Source: Balanoglossus misakiensis
Taxonomy: Eukaryota; Animalia; Hemichordata
Direction of reading: 5' to 3'
DNA: 64,000 nucleotides
NCBI GenBank assembly: GCA_040954595.2
Contig: CM082577.2
Location: 7,279,846-7,343,845, forward strand
The notes under the pieces were generated by a model that was given only the letters and a program-made list of their open reading frames with translations, did not search any database and had not been told where the DNA came from. Position numbers and translations under genes: made by a program. Positions 24,301-39,300 of the stretch are shown piece after piece. Each line of letters begins with the position of its first letter. Position 1 is the stretch's first letter.

Positions 24301-27300
24301 ACAGGATGAATATATCTTGTTCTGACCACCGTTTCCTGCGTTTCGGAACAGCCTTCTCCTGTGGCCCAGTCAGAAGACATGGGCTAATTGGATAGTTCTG
24401 TGATCCAATTAAAATACAATGGGATATGCTCACTCACAACCGTGAAATCCCCTCATCAGCCATCTTGCTGCCCAAATTTTAGCACTCTGTCAATCAGTCG
24501 AGGGGGAAGAAGAATTTTCCTTATCTCTAAAATCAAATTGGCTAGGGCAGACCTGAAACCAGAGGGTCTGAAACCAACCGAGTATTTACACTGTATGATG
24601 TCATTTGTCATAAATTTTTCAATTGTTGATTCCCTTTCAATGTTTGTTAACCACTAGTACCTATGAAAGCTTAGCAGAAGTTCTAGTAACGCATTTCAAA
24701 CAAACTTTGTCCAGTCTGAAACATTTTAACCGCCTGTCAGATGTAGTCGATTATCACTGTCTGTCTGAGTGCCGTACTGTAATTGCACACCTGACGCCAG
24801 CTAGATAACTAGACAGTGTTAACTTCAGTGTCGCATCATTACCTGAAACCATTCATTTTGACTTTTTTTTTTTCCTGTGTAGAACATTACTCATTTACTG
24901 GCTATCAAATACTGTTCTTATCTTTCTTGGGTGAGATCATCTTCATGTGTGTACATGTATCACAATATCTGTCGTTCCGAACAAAACATTATAATTTGCA
25001 GATTCATTAGAAAATGTGACAGCTATAGTAAGTATTAACTATTTAGCATTGTTCATGTGACATTAAATCAGGGAAATTACAATGGATGAATAATGAGTCT
25101 GGTCCTCTCTCCTGGTGACGAGTTCCATCTGAATAAGTCATAGTTTGGACTAGTCGTAAGTCACATTATATTACTGCCCACTGTGGTTGACATGTTTTAA
25201 AGGCCCTTGCTGAGTCGCAACCCTGGAGAAAGAAGTCGTGGTTTTCACCTCCGACCCAAGCACCTGTGACTTTAACGAGGATAAACTGTATTAAATTAAG
25301 GCATTCATTTTGCCGATCATTTGTGCATTTAACGGCCTTATTTTCTCAAATCGTGCGTTGAATATTTGCGACAAAGTGGAACTGACATGGGTGGCACAAC
25401 ATGTACCTGGAGAATACTGATGAGGCAAATCACTGCGAAATCTATTGGTACGTTTAAATTATTTCTCACACTGTTCAAAAAAACATAAGCAACGTAAAGT
25501 GGAACATCAGTCAGTGGTGAATACATTCCCGGATGTTCTGTTCACCACAAATATTCCTGTTACTCATAAACAGAGGACTAGACTCAGGTAGAACTGTCGG
25601 ATGGGTCACTCAAAACTTACTGAATGTCATGCATATGTGAGTGTAAACCAACTGCTCTTTTCTCTACACGTTAGCTATCACTTTGTACTGAATACTGTCT
25701 ACGTGCGAGGAATAGAATTCCCAACATGGCAGATGGCCAATAGGATGGAGAGAGAAAGACTGCATTTCTCTGTCCGGGAGATCTGAAAAAGCACTCTGTG
25801 CCCTTGTGTCTCAAGGGATTCATTTGAATGTATAGAAGGCCCATCATTGTGGTGAAGAGCTTTGAATGTACATCTGAAATGCATTGTGATGCTGTTGCAT
25901 AAATTTCCTGTGGCAGTGTGGCCCAACAGCCTGTGGTGTCATCGCATGCGCCTTGGTGGGTAGTCTTATCCGCACTCCCCATAGATATGTTGGCGCTTCA
26001 CACAACACAAACAGGGCAATGCAGCTCTTGCCGTGAAAAGGCCCGTTTATCAATCTGTCATTCCAGAGCCTTAGCTTTCGTCGGTCGACAGTGTCATTTA
26101 ACTGGCCAATTTTTATAAGTGCACGCTGTACATTCCTCTATTTCTCAGTTCAGGCCATAAACTGAGACGAAAATTGGATTTGGTCAAGTGTTTGTCCATG
26201 TTGGATAATGGTTTAAATATGGAAAGCGAGTTCATGAAATATCGCCATTGTTAGGCAACCTCCTTTGAGAATAGCGCAGCAGCTATTCTAATGGCAAGCA
26301 ATTAATAATTTTGGTAATGGAATTTGGGCGATGTTTTCCTCATGAGGATACGGCGTCTAATCAGTACCACAGTTGGTATTGTGTGCTGCGCGGTATTGCA
26401 CACGATTTTCCTGTTTTGTATACAAGTCACACTCTGTGAAAGTGAAACAAGTTTGAGTAATGATTGAAATGAGTTCAAAGTAGAGATAAAATTGTCATTT
26501 AGGTAAATACATGTAAGAGTTGCAGAAAGAATAATTCGCCTGTCATGCTACAAAGGTACCAGTACATGTATGTACTGTTGATGAGAACTGTTAACTTCGT
26601 AAAAAAACCAATGCAATGCACAGTAGTAACAGACAAAATACCTTTATGATATAACATTGAATATATGACATTCTGATTTATTGAGGAAAATTCCATTCCA
26701 TTTATTGTGGAAAAATTTGCCTAGTATTTGTATATTATTCTAAAAGTTTACATAAGTATTTGTCAAGAATAATATTAACAGTAGTAATTAGTATATATTT
26801 GATTAGTTTAGAAGGTAACTTGCAAATCTACAACATTTCAGAAACGTGAGAAAAATGTTTCAATTTCCCCAGGCTATGTTCAACTTAATGGAGCCATATA
26901 AGAAACTGGCCGAGAAAGAACTGAGCTGCTGTGGTTTTAGGAGGCCATGAAATGTAATTTTAGAAGGCAAATGCTACCGGTTTCATTGGACAATTCTTGA
27001 AAAGTTCATCCTTACTGTCACCTTGACCTAGATATCTGCCCTGTGCCATTTTTATATCAAAAACCATAAATTATATTATCCCGAGTCATATCGCAAGTCG
27101 TAATATGCTCTTCCGTGCTCCTTGTATTTCATGGTTTGGTGACTTTTATAGCTTCTTCTGACTGGCCGGCATCTGGGAAGGAAATAGTGTGGTCAGTTTT
27201 AAAGAGAAAACGGCACATTGGCACATCTGCATTGAAGTGAAGGCCACCGGTATTGGTGGTTTGTACATCTCCATTTTGCTGCTGCGTTCATGATGAAACG

Positions 27301-30300
27301 TTTAGGTGGATATTTACAAAGAGAGTTTAATTGGGTTCAGTGAACTGTGAAGATATCAATTCTGGCTGGCTGACAATTCTGCCCTGTCTGTTTTCATTGC
27401 ATCAGAGAACTTAATTAGCCCTGCCACCCTGAGCTTCCCCAAGTATGTAAACAATGAGCATGGTTGAAATGACAAGGAAACAAACTGTCGTATGCTTGGT
27501 GCGTGTAATGGGTATGGGAAAGAAAATCACTCCATGCTAATTAGGCCCCGGATCAACAAACTCCCCAGGATACAGTTGTTTCCAGCAGATTTTGACAAAA
27601 AGCGAATCACACCAAGTCGCACTGTTCTCGAACTGTAGGCCAGATGGTTTGAAACAAAGCGTGAAACATCCATTGTCATGACATGGCTTAGAATCTAAGC
27701 CATACCATGACAATGGAAGTTGCAGGTTACCGTATTGTGGTCTTGGTGTTGGCATATTTAACTGGTCCCCTAATCAATTACCTGTACATATTAACCGGTA
27801 TCAATTTACAAGAGTTTTGTTTGCGTAGCCCTGCATGTAAATGTACATTGTAATTTTTTTGTATAGAATGATTTGGGTTATGGCATCCTAGTCACTGTGC
27901 CAGTATGACTATGAGGTGTTGTAAGTACCTGTACTGTTGTTAGATGTACTTTGCATGTAAAGGTATTGAAGTGACACAAAGTCTGTACAATGTCATGTAC
28001 ACTTGAAGACTTTTGCGTTTGAAAAAATTGATGTAATTTTTGATATCTTTAAACTACAGCAACAGCCAAGACGATATTATGTTGGACTGTATCCTCAAGA
28101 CAGGTTCTTATATTTGATCAACACTTTTTAGCCCCGTGAAATAATCTCATGCACATCTGCTCAGACACTGTCTCCTCATTATATAACAGATACATGTAGA
28201 CACCACATTGTTAGCAGTGGACTACTGCAAATAATGCAGTGAGGTTGTTTTGCTGTGCATTTTGGCTGTATTCCCATCTCTTTTTGAACAAAGGCACTCT
28301 TTATAGTCTTACATACTAAGATTTTACATCCAACGCTGTCAAGGGGAAATTGCAACCGCATTACATGTAGCATCCCTTGTAATTGCTTTTAGAGCAGTGC
28401 TTTCATCCAAGCCATCAAACAGTTATGCAAAGTAGCGCTTTCCATTCTGGAGCTATGCATATTGCTACGCATCCCAAGGTCAATGATGCAAATTAATGGT
28501 GAGGCTGATGCATTCATTGATCACAGTGATGGAGTGAACTGAGTGAGGGAACTTGTCTGATCACAACTGAACCCAGTGACCTCTTTTGTATTGCCTCCAA
28601 CCTCTCAGGGGAGGTGTAAATTAGCGAGATGTGACAGTTACTGCTATCTGGTGGAAAGATTGCAATCATCGTTGCTTTTTGTTCTCTCACATTGGAGGAC
28701 TGTATAGTTCGACCTTGACTGGACATTTTATGAATAACATATTCTTATGAAACCGGATATTAAGCATAATTTAATCTGTATGTGCAGCAGCCAATGAATT
28801 CTAAGGGACTGAATTCCTGACAATGCACAACTTACATGATAACGATGCAGATGAGATCTTTGTGTATGGAACAGTTCAACACGTAATATCATGCTGAAAG
28901 ATACCATCAACAGACGCCCCTGATCTTCACACTAGATATTATGTTTTGAATGGACCATTAACTCTGGGGATTATTTGTATCATGTCACATACATGTAGTT
29001 TAAGGACATCCACATTGTACCATTTCAAGAGAATGATGATTTCACCAATTGAACAGAAGCCAGGACTGTTTTGAAGCCATCTCCATGGTTCTGCGCTTGG
29101 GCTTCCCTAGCACGAGCAAAATTCAACCGCTTTGTACGGTACCATCAAAGGTTTCTCGGGCGACGCACTGCATTTCAATAATGTTTTTCCTGAATCAGCT
29201 GTATTGGGATTTTGTCCATGATGCGAAGAGAATTGCTTTTGACAAAAGCCGTTCATTGAAATTAACTAACAGCCTGCTATTTTGATCGTTTCATCCCGGC
29301 CCGATACTCGGCCTGCAGTCATCCCATGAAAGTCTCTGCCAGAAAAATAATTCACAACTGATGTCAATTGAAAGCAAAGTGAATGTAAAGAGTCTTGCCC
29401 AACAAATATCGCCTATTTTTTAAAAGCAAACGAAAGAGAAAATACGAGAATTTCAATCAAATCTACAGACAGCCTTAGGCTGTAAAGATTAACTGAATGA
29501 CTTTAATGGCATGCGATTCAAAGTGCTCCACCTGGCTGATCTTTTGCCTTTTATCTTTTTTTTCCCATTCATATTTTCTTTAAGTGAGATTCAAAGCCCC
29601 AATAGCTTTTACTTAACTATTTGTTAGCTTTTGTTTTAACTCCTCTCGCTCGTTCAAATCCCTAAAAGCATGATGGAGAGTCCAATATTTAGCTGTCAAC
29701 AATGCTCACATTTGTTTACGCTTAGCAATATTATTGTTGATGATCAATTTTTTTTTTGTGGGGGGAATAGAAACTGAGTTGTGAATATTGCCTCGAATGT
29801 ATTTCCCCCCAGGATTTTATTAACAAAATTATGAAGTGTAGTAAATCAATGTTGAATCAAGTGTGTGGTTAGAAATAATGGTCATTCAGGCAAAGAAAAA
29901 AACTACATGTAATGTTATTATATACTTGTAGTGTAACCAATGCTCAAGTGTGCAGTATCAAGATATAGCCCTAAATGTTTGTCTTCTTCACTGTACAATG
30001 GTTATCGACTATACAGGGTACAGTATGTGTATCTGTTATAATGAGGTCAATAAAGCATCCATCCACATGAAACTGTGTTGGGGCCAATTGACTTGGACAA
30101 GTACTAGTAGCGTTTCCTGACATACGAAGTAGTATCAAATGATAAAATTGTGAGTTCAGTGTGCAGAATTGGGGACGTCCAGCGGCTGTTAGTAGAGATA
30201 ACATTATCGTAGGAACGTAACTTTATCGCAGTAACGTTAGTCTTGCGAGATTGTTCCACAAGCACTTAGGTACAAATGTTTGGCGAGTTCACGGTGTTGC

Positions 30301-33300
30301 CTTGGAGAATAACCGCTTTTGACTTGTGTGCAGATTCATCATCTGTGGTGCATTGCTTGTTTTGATGGTTTCTCTGTCCCTCGAGTAGGTTGCCAAGGGT
30401 CATAAGGTCACGGAGTAAACACGCTCGCTTTTTGTCTTGTCTGAAACGGTAACGAAAGTGATCGGTGAAAAGTGACGTAAACCAGTCGAATGGCTGCTTG
30501 TTTTTTTCGTTCTCAGCTGACAGCTCTGCTGTTTGTGTGTTTGTGGAGATAAAATTGTAAAGATGGTGGAGAGAGCCGAATTGTCGGTAGACTGGGAAGA
30601 CAAGCATATGTCAACAGATTTATCCATTCTCAGAATGATGGAAATAGTGAAGCAAAACATGGATGCGTGTGACAAAAGCGAATAGACGTAAAATCAAAGT
30701 ACATGTATCTGTTCGTGGAAGGACAGCTAATATTCAAAATAACATGTTTCTGTCTGAAAATTATCTAGCGTTTGCTTTCTTCTGCTCAAAGATATTTTTC
30801 CAAACTATCCTTACAACTATATATGAATGCATTTGGTTTTCTGAAGTGAACTTTGGAAAGATAAAAAATGAATAATGCAAAGTGTAATGATTGATATTAT
30901 GGCAGTTCAATGCAGTAGTGGTTATCACGAAATCAATATGTATAGATTTTAAGCGGACACTGTATTGGATTTCTTTTGTTTTTCCAGCAGTGTGAAGGGT
31001 AGGCTGAGTGAATGATGTGTGCCATGTCACGGTTCACCTGGATGTCAAGGCAAATATGTGGTTTCGGATGCCGTTTCGAAATGTAAATACCTGGATTCTC
31101 CCCTGAAATCCTGGGTCTCTTTCAATATTTCTATTCTGCACACGCGTCTTTGTGCCGCATTGTTCTCAGTACTGATCATACATATTTATGACATTATTAT
31201 AAGAAGATTACATACTGTATGTGAAAATTGATTTTCAGGTTTACTCATGGTTTACCTTGGTTTTCTTTTGCAAATACAATTGCACTTGGGATGGGCAGTT
31301 GAAGGGCAGTGGCACAAGTGTAGGTGTTATCCTTGGTTACAAGTACCTGTACACGTCATATGTCCATGACAGTTCCCTTTGTTGTGCTTCTTCAGTCAGC
31401 CAAACAGTCTGCAGTTACTCTCAAAATGGTATAATATGACAGATGCGTGCCTGTCAGTGTCCCTGATTGGCGACAGCAAAAGATTTTTTTTCCTAGTGAG
31501 AAAATTCAGTTGCTGTGTGTCTCCCTTGTGTGTATTTCTCAACATTCATACCATAACATTCATTTCAAGTAGGAGTCCTGCAGAGAGATAGCAATAATCT
31601 CAGGATAAGAGCTCTGTCTGCAGGTAAATTGCATGTGCAGGTAAAAGCCTACTCGGATAAAGGACAGTCTGGAGACGTAATCTGAACGTCGCCATCTCTG
31701 CCTCCATGTATAATTCCGCTATTTTGTGCCGTTTATGTCGGCCTAGATAAAACGCAGCTAAGCTCAGGAGAAGATCTATTTCCTTTAGATGGCTATTTAA
31801 TTACTAGATACAGGTGAAGCCTGCTTTAAACATGCATGTCTCGTACCATTACAGCTCTGCTTGCAATAATAATGAACTGATACTCGTAAATGGCTAATAA
31901 TATACATGAAGTTATTCTGTTACGAACTTAATGTCGTAATCTATCATGTCAAATATTCCGCAAGGTGAAACAAGAATTCCACAGGACTCGGGAGCAAACT
32001 GCTTGACCTTGACCTAAATGTGACCCTCTAAGCTTGCCACCAGACTAATAGCCAAGTTCTCTTGGTTGTACTGTCGCTATGGGAACCATGGTGGTGAAAG
32101 GGTAAAAGCAGGGCATCCTCAGCCCACAACAGGGACAGAGTCTGGCTGAAAGCCATGTTTGGCTTCTCATACCTAATATCAAACTTTAAACACACTAACT
32201 GATTTGAATCTACGAGATAAAGCCAATATGCCAACTTTATCAGCCGTGTACGCGTTTTGTGACACCCATCTCTCTTCTTTCATGATGTCATCACATTCCT
32301 TGTCCTTGAAGCGAGGAATTAGTAGAAGGTGAAACTGACAATTGTTAACCATTACAATTTGATGTGACAGTGCACGTTTGCATAAAATAATTGTAAAGTT
32401 TTATGCCTCTGTGTTTTATGGTTTCCATGCCAGTGTTAATGCTGCATGCATAAAATGGGTAATGACCTCATATTATGGAAACGCAATCTTCACAAAGCTG
32501 TGTCTGGAGGTTTATGCCCTACTTTGGTGTGCTGGGGAAAACAGCCTTCCGGTCTATATACTTGTACACCCCCAGTGGACTGGACTGAGCAGGCAGCAAA
32601 TACTAGCACAGCTATCTCCCAGCATGACACATACCAGTGCAATCTGAATCAATTTACCCACCGCCAACAATAGCCATGTGTGCTTTGCATATTTGGACAA
32701 GAATATACAGTTATATGCATCGTGGTGTTTGCTGAGCAACACTCTCTGCTATAAGCCCCTGCCCCTGAGTGTCTGCCTGCCTTGGCTCTCTCAGCTCAGC
32801 TCGGGTTACTCCCGCTGAACACAAAGATGCGAGGAGATCCCCACTTATAGCGGCTCAGGTGTTCACTGCATCACAGCTCTTCGTCCGTCCGCTATTAGTT
32901 GCGGGATTGTCAGTTCAGCACGGCATGCCTTCTGTCGGCCGGGTGATTGACAAGCCTGGATGACTCTGTGTAATTTCTTTTTTTTTTGTGCCAGGGCTCT
33001 TACTGTCGGCTGATCGGAGTGATTGTGTATTATTGCTGGATGGGCTTATCTTCCTTTTTTGTGTGTGTGTGTGAATTCATTTTTTGTGACAGAAAGCTGG
33101 AGCTTCTAGTGCTTTCAAGCATGCTATACAAGTTGGAGATGATTTTTATCATTACAGGTAATACGCTGACAAATGAATCTGAATTTGCAATAATGCTGAT
33201 AGGAAAGTACTGGCACCATCTAGCTGATTACCAGCAGGCTTCACAAGTTGATTTGTGGGGATTTTTTTTTCTGTGGAAAATTTTTAAAATGTAAATCCAG

Positions 33301-36300
33301 GACTCTTGCAGAAATAAGAAACTGTAATCCGTGTATATTTCATGTTGTTTGCTTGATCTTTTTGGTTTTTCATTGAATTATGAAAAAATAATTTTATTAA
33401 TTAAATATCTAATCTTATTAACAATGTCTTAGCAAGGGGCAAAGATAATCATCTTTGAACGTTAGCTCTAATCTACTCTATGTTCAGTGCGAGGGAAACA
33501 TTCTCTGAATGACCCAGGACTGACCCACTTAACCAATTCTGTCTAAGCTATAGTCAAACTCAAAATGGCTATGTATTTGCTTGATGCTTTGTCCTTCAAA
33601 GTTGGATGCTTGCATTTTTTTTATAAAACATGATCAGTTGACATATATATATCGCAACTCATTCATGGATGTGTGTAAATAAGCAGTGGGACCGATCTAC
33701 ATTTAGGTAAAGATACAATATTGACAGCAAATATTTCATTGTTGATAAAATAATTGGATTGAATCTAAATATATTTGCACAATAGGTATGCATATTATTA
33801 ACATACATACTGGCTGTGTACAGAGGTTAAACATCAATGAGAATTCAAACAGTCAGGTACTCTTTATAATGTAGCCAGCCAAATCTATATTATTGGGGCT
33901 CATTTCATGATATTAAACAGGAAACATTTCTTTGTTCAAGAGAGATGTGGTTTAGCTGACTTTAATACTTATCAGTGTGGACACCATGGCTGACCATTTG
34001 TCACTCTTGAAAAATCATATTAATTACAGCATGGCCATAAAGCTTAAATTTTTATGGCGATTGGATTACCAAGCATGAAGGTCATGTAATTAAAACTCAT
34101 GGGGAAAGATGATGGTATATAGTCCTTGACATTTTTCGTTGGATGTCACTGTTGTGAAGGATTCCAAAACCTCATTTGATGAAGAGTTGTACAACATTGT
34201 AGGTGTTGTACATTGCATGTTTCAGTACAAATTGTAAACCTGGTACATGTACAGTACATGAATTATTGATGGACATGGTGAGGTGGAGTACATGTACATG
34301 CACTGTTAACATTCCTTCAGTTCATAAGTATTTCAATTATTATACATATAATTAAACTGCCAATTAGCATTACATTTCCTGTGTATGATGACTTTTAATC
34401 AGTGACTTATTAACTGTCAAATTAAAATAGACTTCCATGTTATTTATAATTCTGTTGTAAGTTTCTAATTTCTCTATGGTTATGTGTCTTCATAGTCTCT
34501 CATACTCGCAGTATATGATGGTGATGAAAACCGTCTACGCTGACACTGACAGACACACCCTGACACACTGGTAGTCACTTTCCCCATTGTCTTTCTGTCA
34601 TTTTATATTTCTTCCCACAATAGTGTGCTCATTTAATTATACAATGTATGTGTTCACAAAAAACATATATTCATGGCATCACAAATATACATGTACTATA
34701 TTCATGCAAACATACACACACTGACATAATTCATGTATGCAAATACATACATAGTATTAGCATGTAAGGATTCTGGCTCTTCAAAATAAACACACAGGCA
34801 GCAATCCATTACTGTAATTGGCTGTCACAGTGGATAAGATTATAGTATTTCTAACCATGTATATCTATAGTATGTGATACATGTAAATACCGGACCCTAA
34901 ACTGGAGTCTGTAGTGTCCAAGAACCTTTTACAATACCAGTATGCCATATTTGCAAAATTCATGATTTATTCTAGCATGTAAACAGTGACGTTCATGCAC
35001 TCCTAATGTTGAAAAGAACCAACAGGAACTCCCTATTTAAAAAAAAAAGTTGAGTCTGTGACTGAAATATGAACCCAGGTACCGGCACCATCCATGTACC
35101 ATGTGGTCAAGATGGCACACAAAGGTACAAGCAAACAAGAGTATAAAGTTCTGTTCTAAAAGAGTATGTTATGTACACATATGTAGTTGCTGGATATTTT
35201 ATGAAGGCAGAGGGTGAGGTTATATCTGGCAGCAGTCTATCAAATGACTGGACTATATACCCAGTCAGATGATGTTGTCAGTATTTTCGGGGTCAACTAT
35301 GCCAGCCGACCAGCATCTGAGTCTTGTCATCACTGTTCCCGTAACCAGCATTCTGTTTTTTCAGCTGCAAGTACAATTTATGTGTCTGGCGGTGACTATA
35401 AGTCATCCAAAGAATGAAACCAGAATTTTTTGAGTGTTTATTTGTTTCGATGTGTGCTGATATATTGATATATGGTACGTTATGAAGCCCACTTTGAACT
35501 CAGATCCCTGTTTGACCATATGGTTCAAACTTTGTATAGGTGGGCCACACCACACATGCACTGAACTGTTGAATCTATGATTGGTGTCTTTCAGTATTTC
35601 ACAGTCTTTGATACATGTACATGTACATACATATACATGTACCTTTGGTAAAATCTGATGGTGATGCAGAATAGCCAATCACCAGTGCAAAATGTCTGGA
35701 TGTTTCTAAACCCCATAGAAACACACATATTAATGTGCCTTGACCGTCAGTTATTTCCTCTTGCCCGCCCTAGGTACTGGTAGAAAAACATATCTGTATC
35801 ACTGCTGATGTATCGATCAAATGCAGCAATCCTGGATTTTAACAACTCAGTAAAATATTTACAAGACAAATCATGGAATGATAAAAAAAATCAAGAAATT
35901 GGCAATTCTCAGTGGACTGCAACCGCTGGCTGTACTCATCAGTTGGCAAGAAACTCGTCTCTGCGAACATTTATTTTATTTTTTTGCCGTTGGGCACAAC
36001 GATGCGGATAATCCTCAATGCATACAGAGTAAAATCAATGAGGGTCTGAGGGCAGCAATATTATGATCACGATCGGGCATCTTCAATCCCTCTCTCATTT
36101 AATGCATCCAGAGTTGCCATGATGGGATTCAATGCAGAAACATCCCCCCCCCCCCCACCATTTCCGTCGTTTATGCCACGAGGTTGTTTTCACACCTCAG
36201 ATTGTGTGAAAATCGATTGTAATCCTAGAAATGTTTTTTGAAAATACAGTGAACAGATGGACTGCTGCACACCTAAGGAAATCAATATCACATTTTATCT

Positions 36301-39300
36301 ATCATTAGGGACTTTGCAGCAAAATCAATGATGCGGAAATTGTCCTCCAAAGATGCTGTCATTTCAACCGAAATTTACTGTTTTTGTAGACCTCCTAAAT
36401 TTTCTTTATATATCAACTGATGAAGTTCAGTAGATTTAAATCCCAATTCAAAATTAATCATTGCATCTCAACATGGTTTCTAATCCATTCTATTGTAACT
36501 CTGAGATTTAAAGGTTAGATTGGTGTCTTGTTAAAGGCTTACATTTGCAACTTCTCTTCAGTCAGCAAGAGATGTTATTTAACATTTGATTAGCAAGTGA
36601 TTGTACCTGTGTTTAAGTTAGCCATCACTAATTATACTAATTGCATTAAACTGTTAACTGTTAGCTGTTACTAATTGAATGTTAAATAATTGTGTTGCTG
36701 TGTAATCAAATAAAACAGACAGCCTAAATATATTCATTTATGACGTGATGTACATGTAGCTCTTGCTGGTATGTACTCCATCCTAAGGTAACCAGCAGAG
36801 ACATCTGGCTGTGAGCAAAACCAAATCCTGGTAATGGCCTATGTCGTTACTGTTTCTTTGTGTAAAACATGAATTCAGCGTCATGTGGAGACCACTGCTT
36901 CAGGGTGCAAGAATTTGCTTCTCAAAGAAACTGTGCGCATTGTACATGGATTCGTCACATCGTTACTATGGCAACTGGTCACATAAGGTGACTTGGGGTT
37001 CCTTGAGTTTTCAAGCAGTGCATTTTGTTGAGATCACACAGGGAGCGTTTCATATTGAGATTCTGTTCTCCACTGTATTTGTTGTTTCAATACTTCGCAC
37101 TGTGCTAGGGGGTCATTATGTATATTAATTTACCTTCACACTGTGTGCCTCTTACCAGGTTTACTCAAGAGAGTGAAATTTGCTCGGCACTCCACCGTGT
37201 GTTTGTTTCGCAAATTTACAAATGGCCGTTATTAAAATGTACTCTTTTCTGTATCCCTTTCTGTGTTTTTTTGCAGGCAATCACGTTATGGGCGGCAGTG
37301 CCGATCGCCTGGCTGTTCCTCTCCTTCGTCTTCTACCTGATCTACTTCTGCTGCTGGTGTTGCTGCTGCCGCAATCCCAAAGGGAAACAGAAGATACCCT
37401 GCCACAAATGCATGCTCATATGCTGTACGATACTTTGCCTGTAAGTATGCGCTAGTGCTACACTGACAGTACATGTAACGTCAAACTGCACACACACACA
37501 GTAAGAGAATGAAAAATGTCAACATATGGCCTAAAAAATGATATCCAAAGTTGTGATCAAAATTTTGGTTTTTATTCAATGGTCAGTTTTATCTTGTCAT
37601 CATACTGCACCAGTTTGATTAAAGGTATACGGTCACATATGGAAAATTTGCTATAGTTACCATGGCAAATTGAGATCTAGCCAATCACTGATTTTCAGTG
37701 GGTGGCACACGTAAAAAAGAACGCCACCATATGTTCTTTAGAACACTCAAATACTCCATTTCAGCCATATATGGGCGTATGTAAATTGGAGGTGACTGTA
37801 TACCTTTAATTTGAGCGCAGTAAACTGCTGTATAATTCTTTGGAGAGGATTGACCTCAGAGCTAGACTTTGACAAGACCCCTGTGACACTCAGGGCTGGT
37901 GTTGAGAACTGCCTTGGGGACGGTAACTAAGTTAAAAGGTTAGAGCGTATAAACTACTTTAACTACCCATCTAAATTAAAATGTGATAAATTGTGTGAGT
38001 TACAATGGGGCTGAGTTAGAGCAGTAGAAGCTTATATACTGTCTATGGTTGAACTCTAAATGTCAACAAAGATCTTGATGAGAAATATTTGATGCTGTAA
38101 AATAAATCTAATGGCGTTGCCAGAATACATGTACAAGAATTGTAATACAAATGATAAATGTGTCTTTTGACCTTGTTTAACAAAATTAATACATCTACTT
38201 CGCTCAGAAAATTAACTGCATTTGGTCTGTCATCAGCAAACTAACACTACTTATGTGGTAAATGTATAAATGTGTGGTTTGGCCTTGTTCAACAAAATTG
38301 ACTCTCTCAGAAAAAATTGGTCCATTTGGTTTGTCGCACGACAGATCTGTCACGTTTATGAAAAACAAAATTATTCATGTGAAAATCCCACCCACACTGG
38401 TTGAAACCTGAAATTTCTCCAAAGAGATACATATTCAGATGTGTCTGGGTTTGTTTCTCATTTATTTTGTTTGAATAAAAATGAAATTCACCGCCATGCG
38501 ACAGCGTTTGGGATGTATCAGGTGACTGGGTGATGTAAATGTTTAGTTCCCGCATGCGTCAGAGCGGTCACGTCGCAGTCAACCACAGTGGAATTGAATT
38601 TCGTCTTCTGTATGTGCGCGCGCAAATAACATCGCACAGAAATACAATGTAGTTCCGTGCGGTAGCGTGGAATTCACTACAGAAGAGCATTGCGCGAGGA
38701 CGTTTTCTGGAGGGCCCTCGCCCTCGTCGCAAAGCATGCGCCACTGCCCCCTGCATCAATTGCGAGGCAATTTCTTGGTTATTGGTCTGGAAATTACCCC
38801 GTTGGCTTATCACTGCAGCTGGATTGCGTCCAGATGCGTCTCGAGCGATATCTGCGAGGACCAGCTGCATCGCCGTCCACTGGTCATAAATATTTTGTAA
38901 GAGAGAGGAAATTGAATTTTACAGCTAATTTTGATTGTCCGTCAGTGAATTTTAGTGTCTGTAATCTGTTAGGGATGAGCTGTGTTCTGCCAGGCTGGTC
39001 TGATGAGTGTCTTTTTCAAAGCTAGGATCAGAGAGCACTGTAGGAATGAAACCTATCAGGTCGTAAAAAAAAGTAGGCCATTTTGCAAATTATCTGAAAG
39101 GTCTAACACAGGACACAATCACTGAGAATATCTAGGTAATATCAAGGTATATGTAGCTGCTTCTTGCAAATTACCACACCTGAATATTTGAATTATCCAT
39201 AAATCATATACATTTTATATGGTGCTCGTGCATGGACTTTCAAAAATTATCCAAGAAAAGGTGTATGGTTGGCAAACAAGTCCTAGCATAGGACACAATC

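Noticed and set aside
38300-39025. CpG-rich intronic block with several overlapping ORFs
   Set aside because: No protein-like signal or splice support; likely a regulatory element or transposon relic whose boundaries I cannot support.
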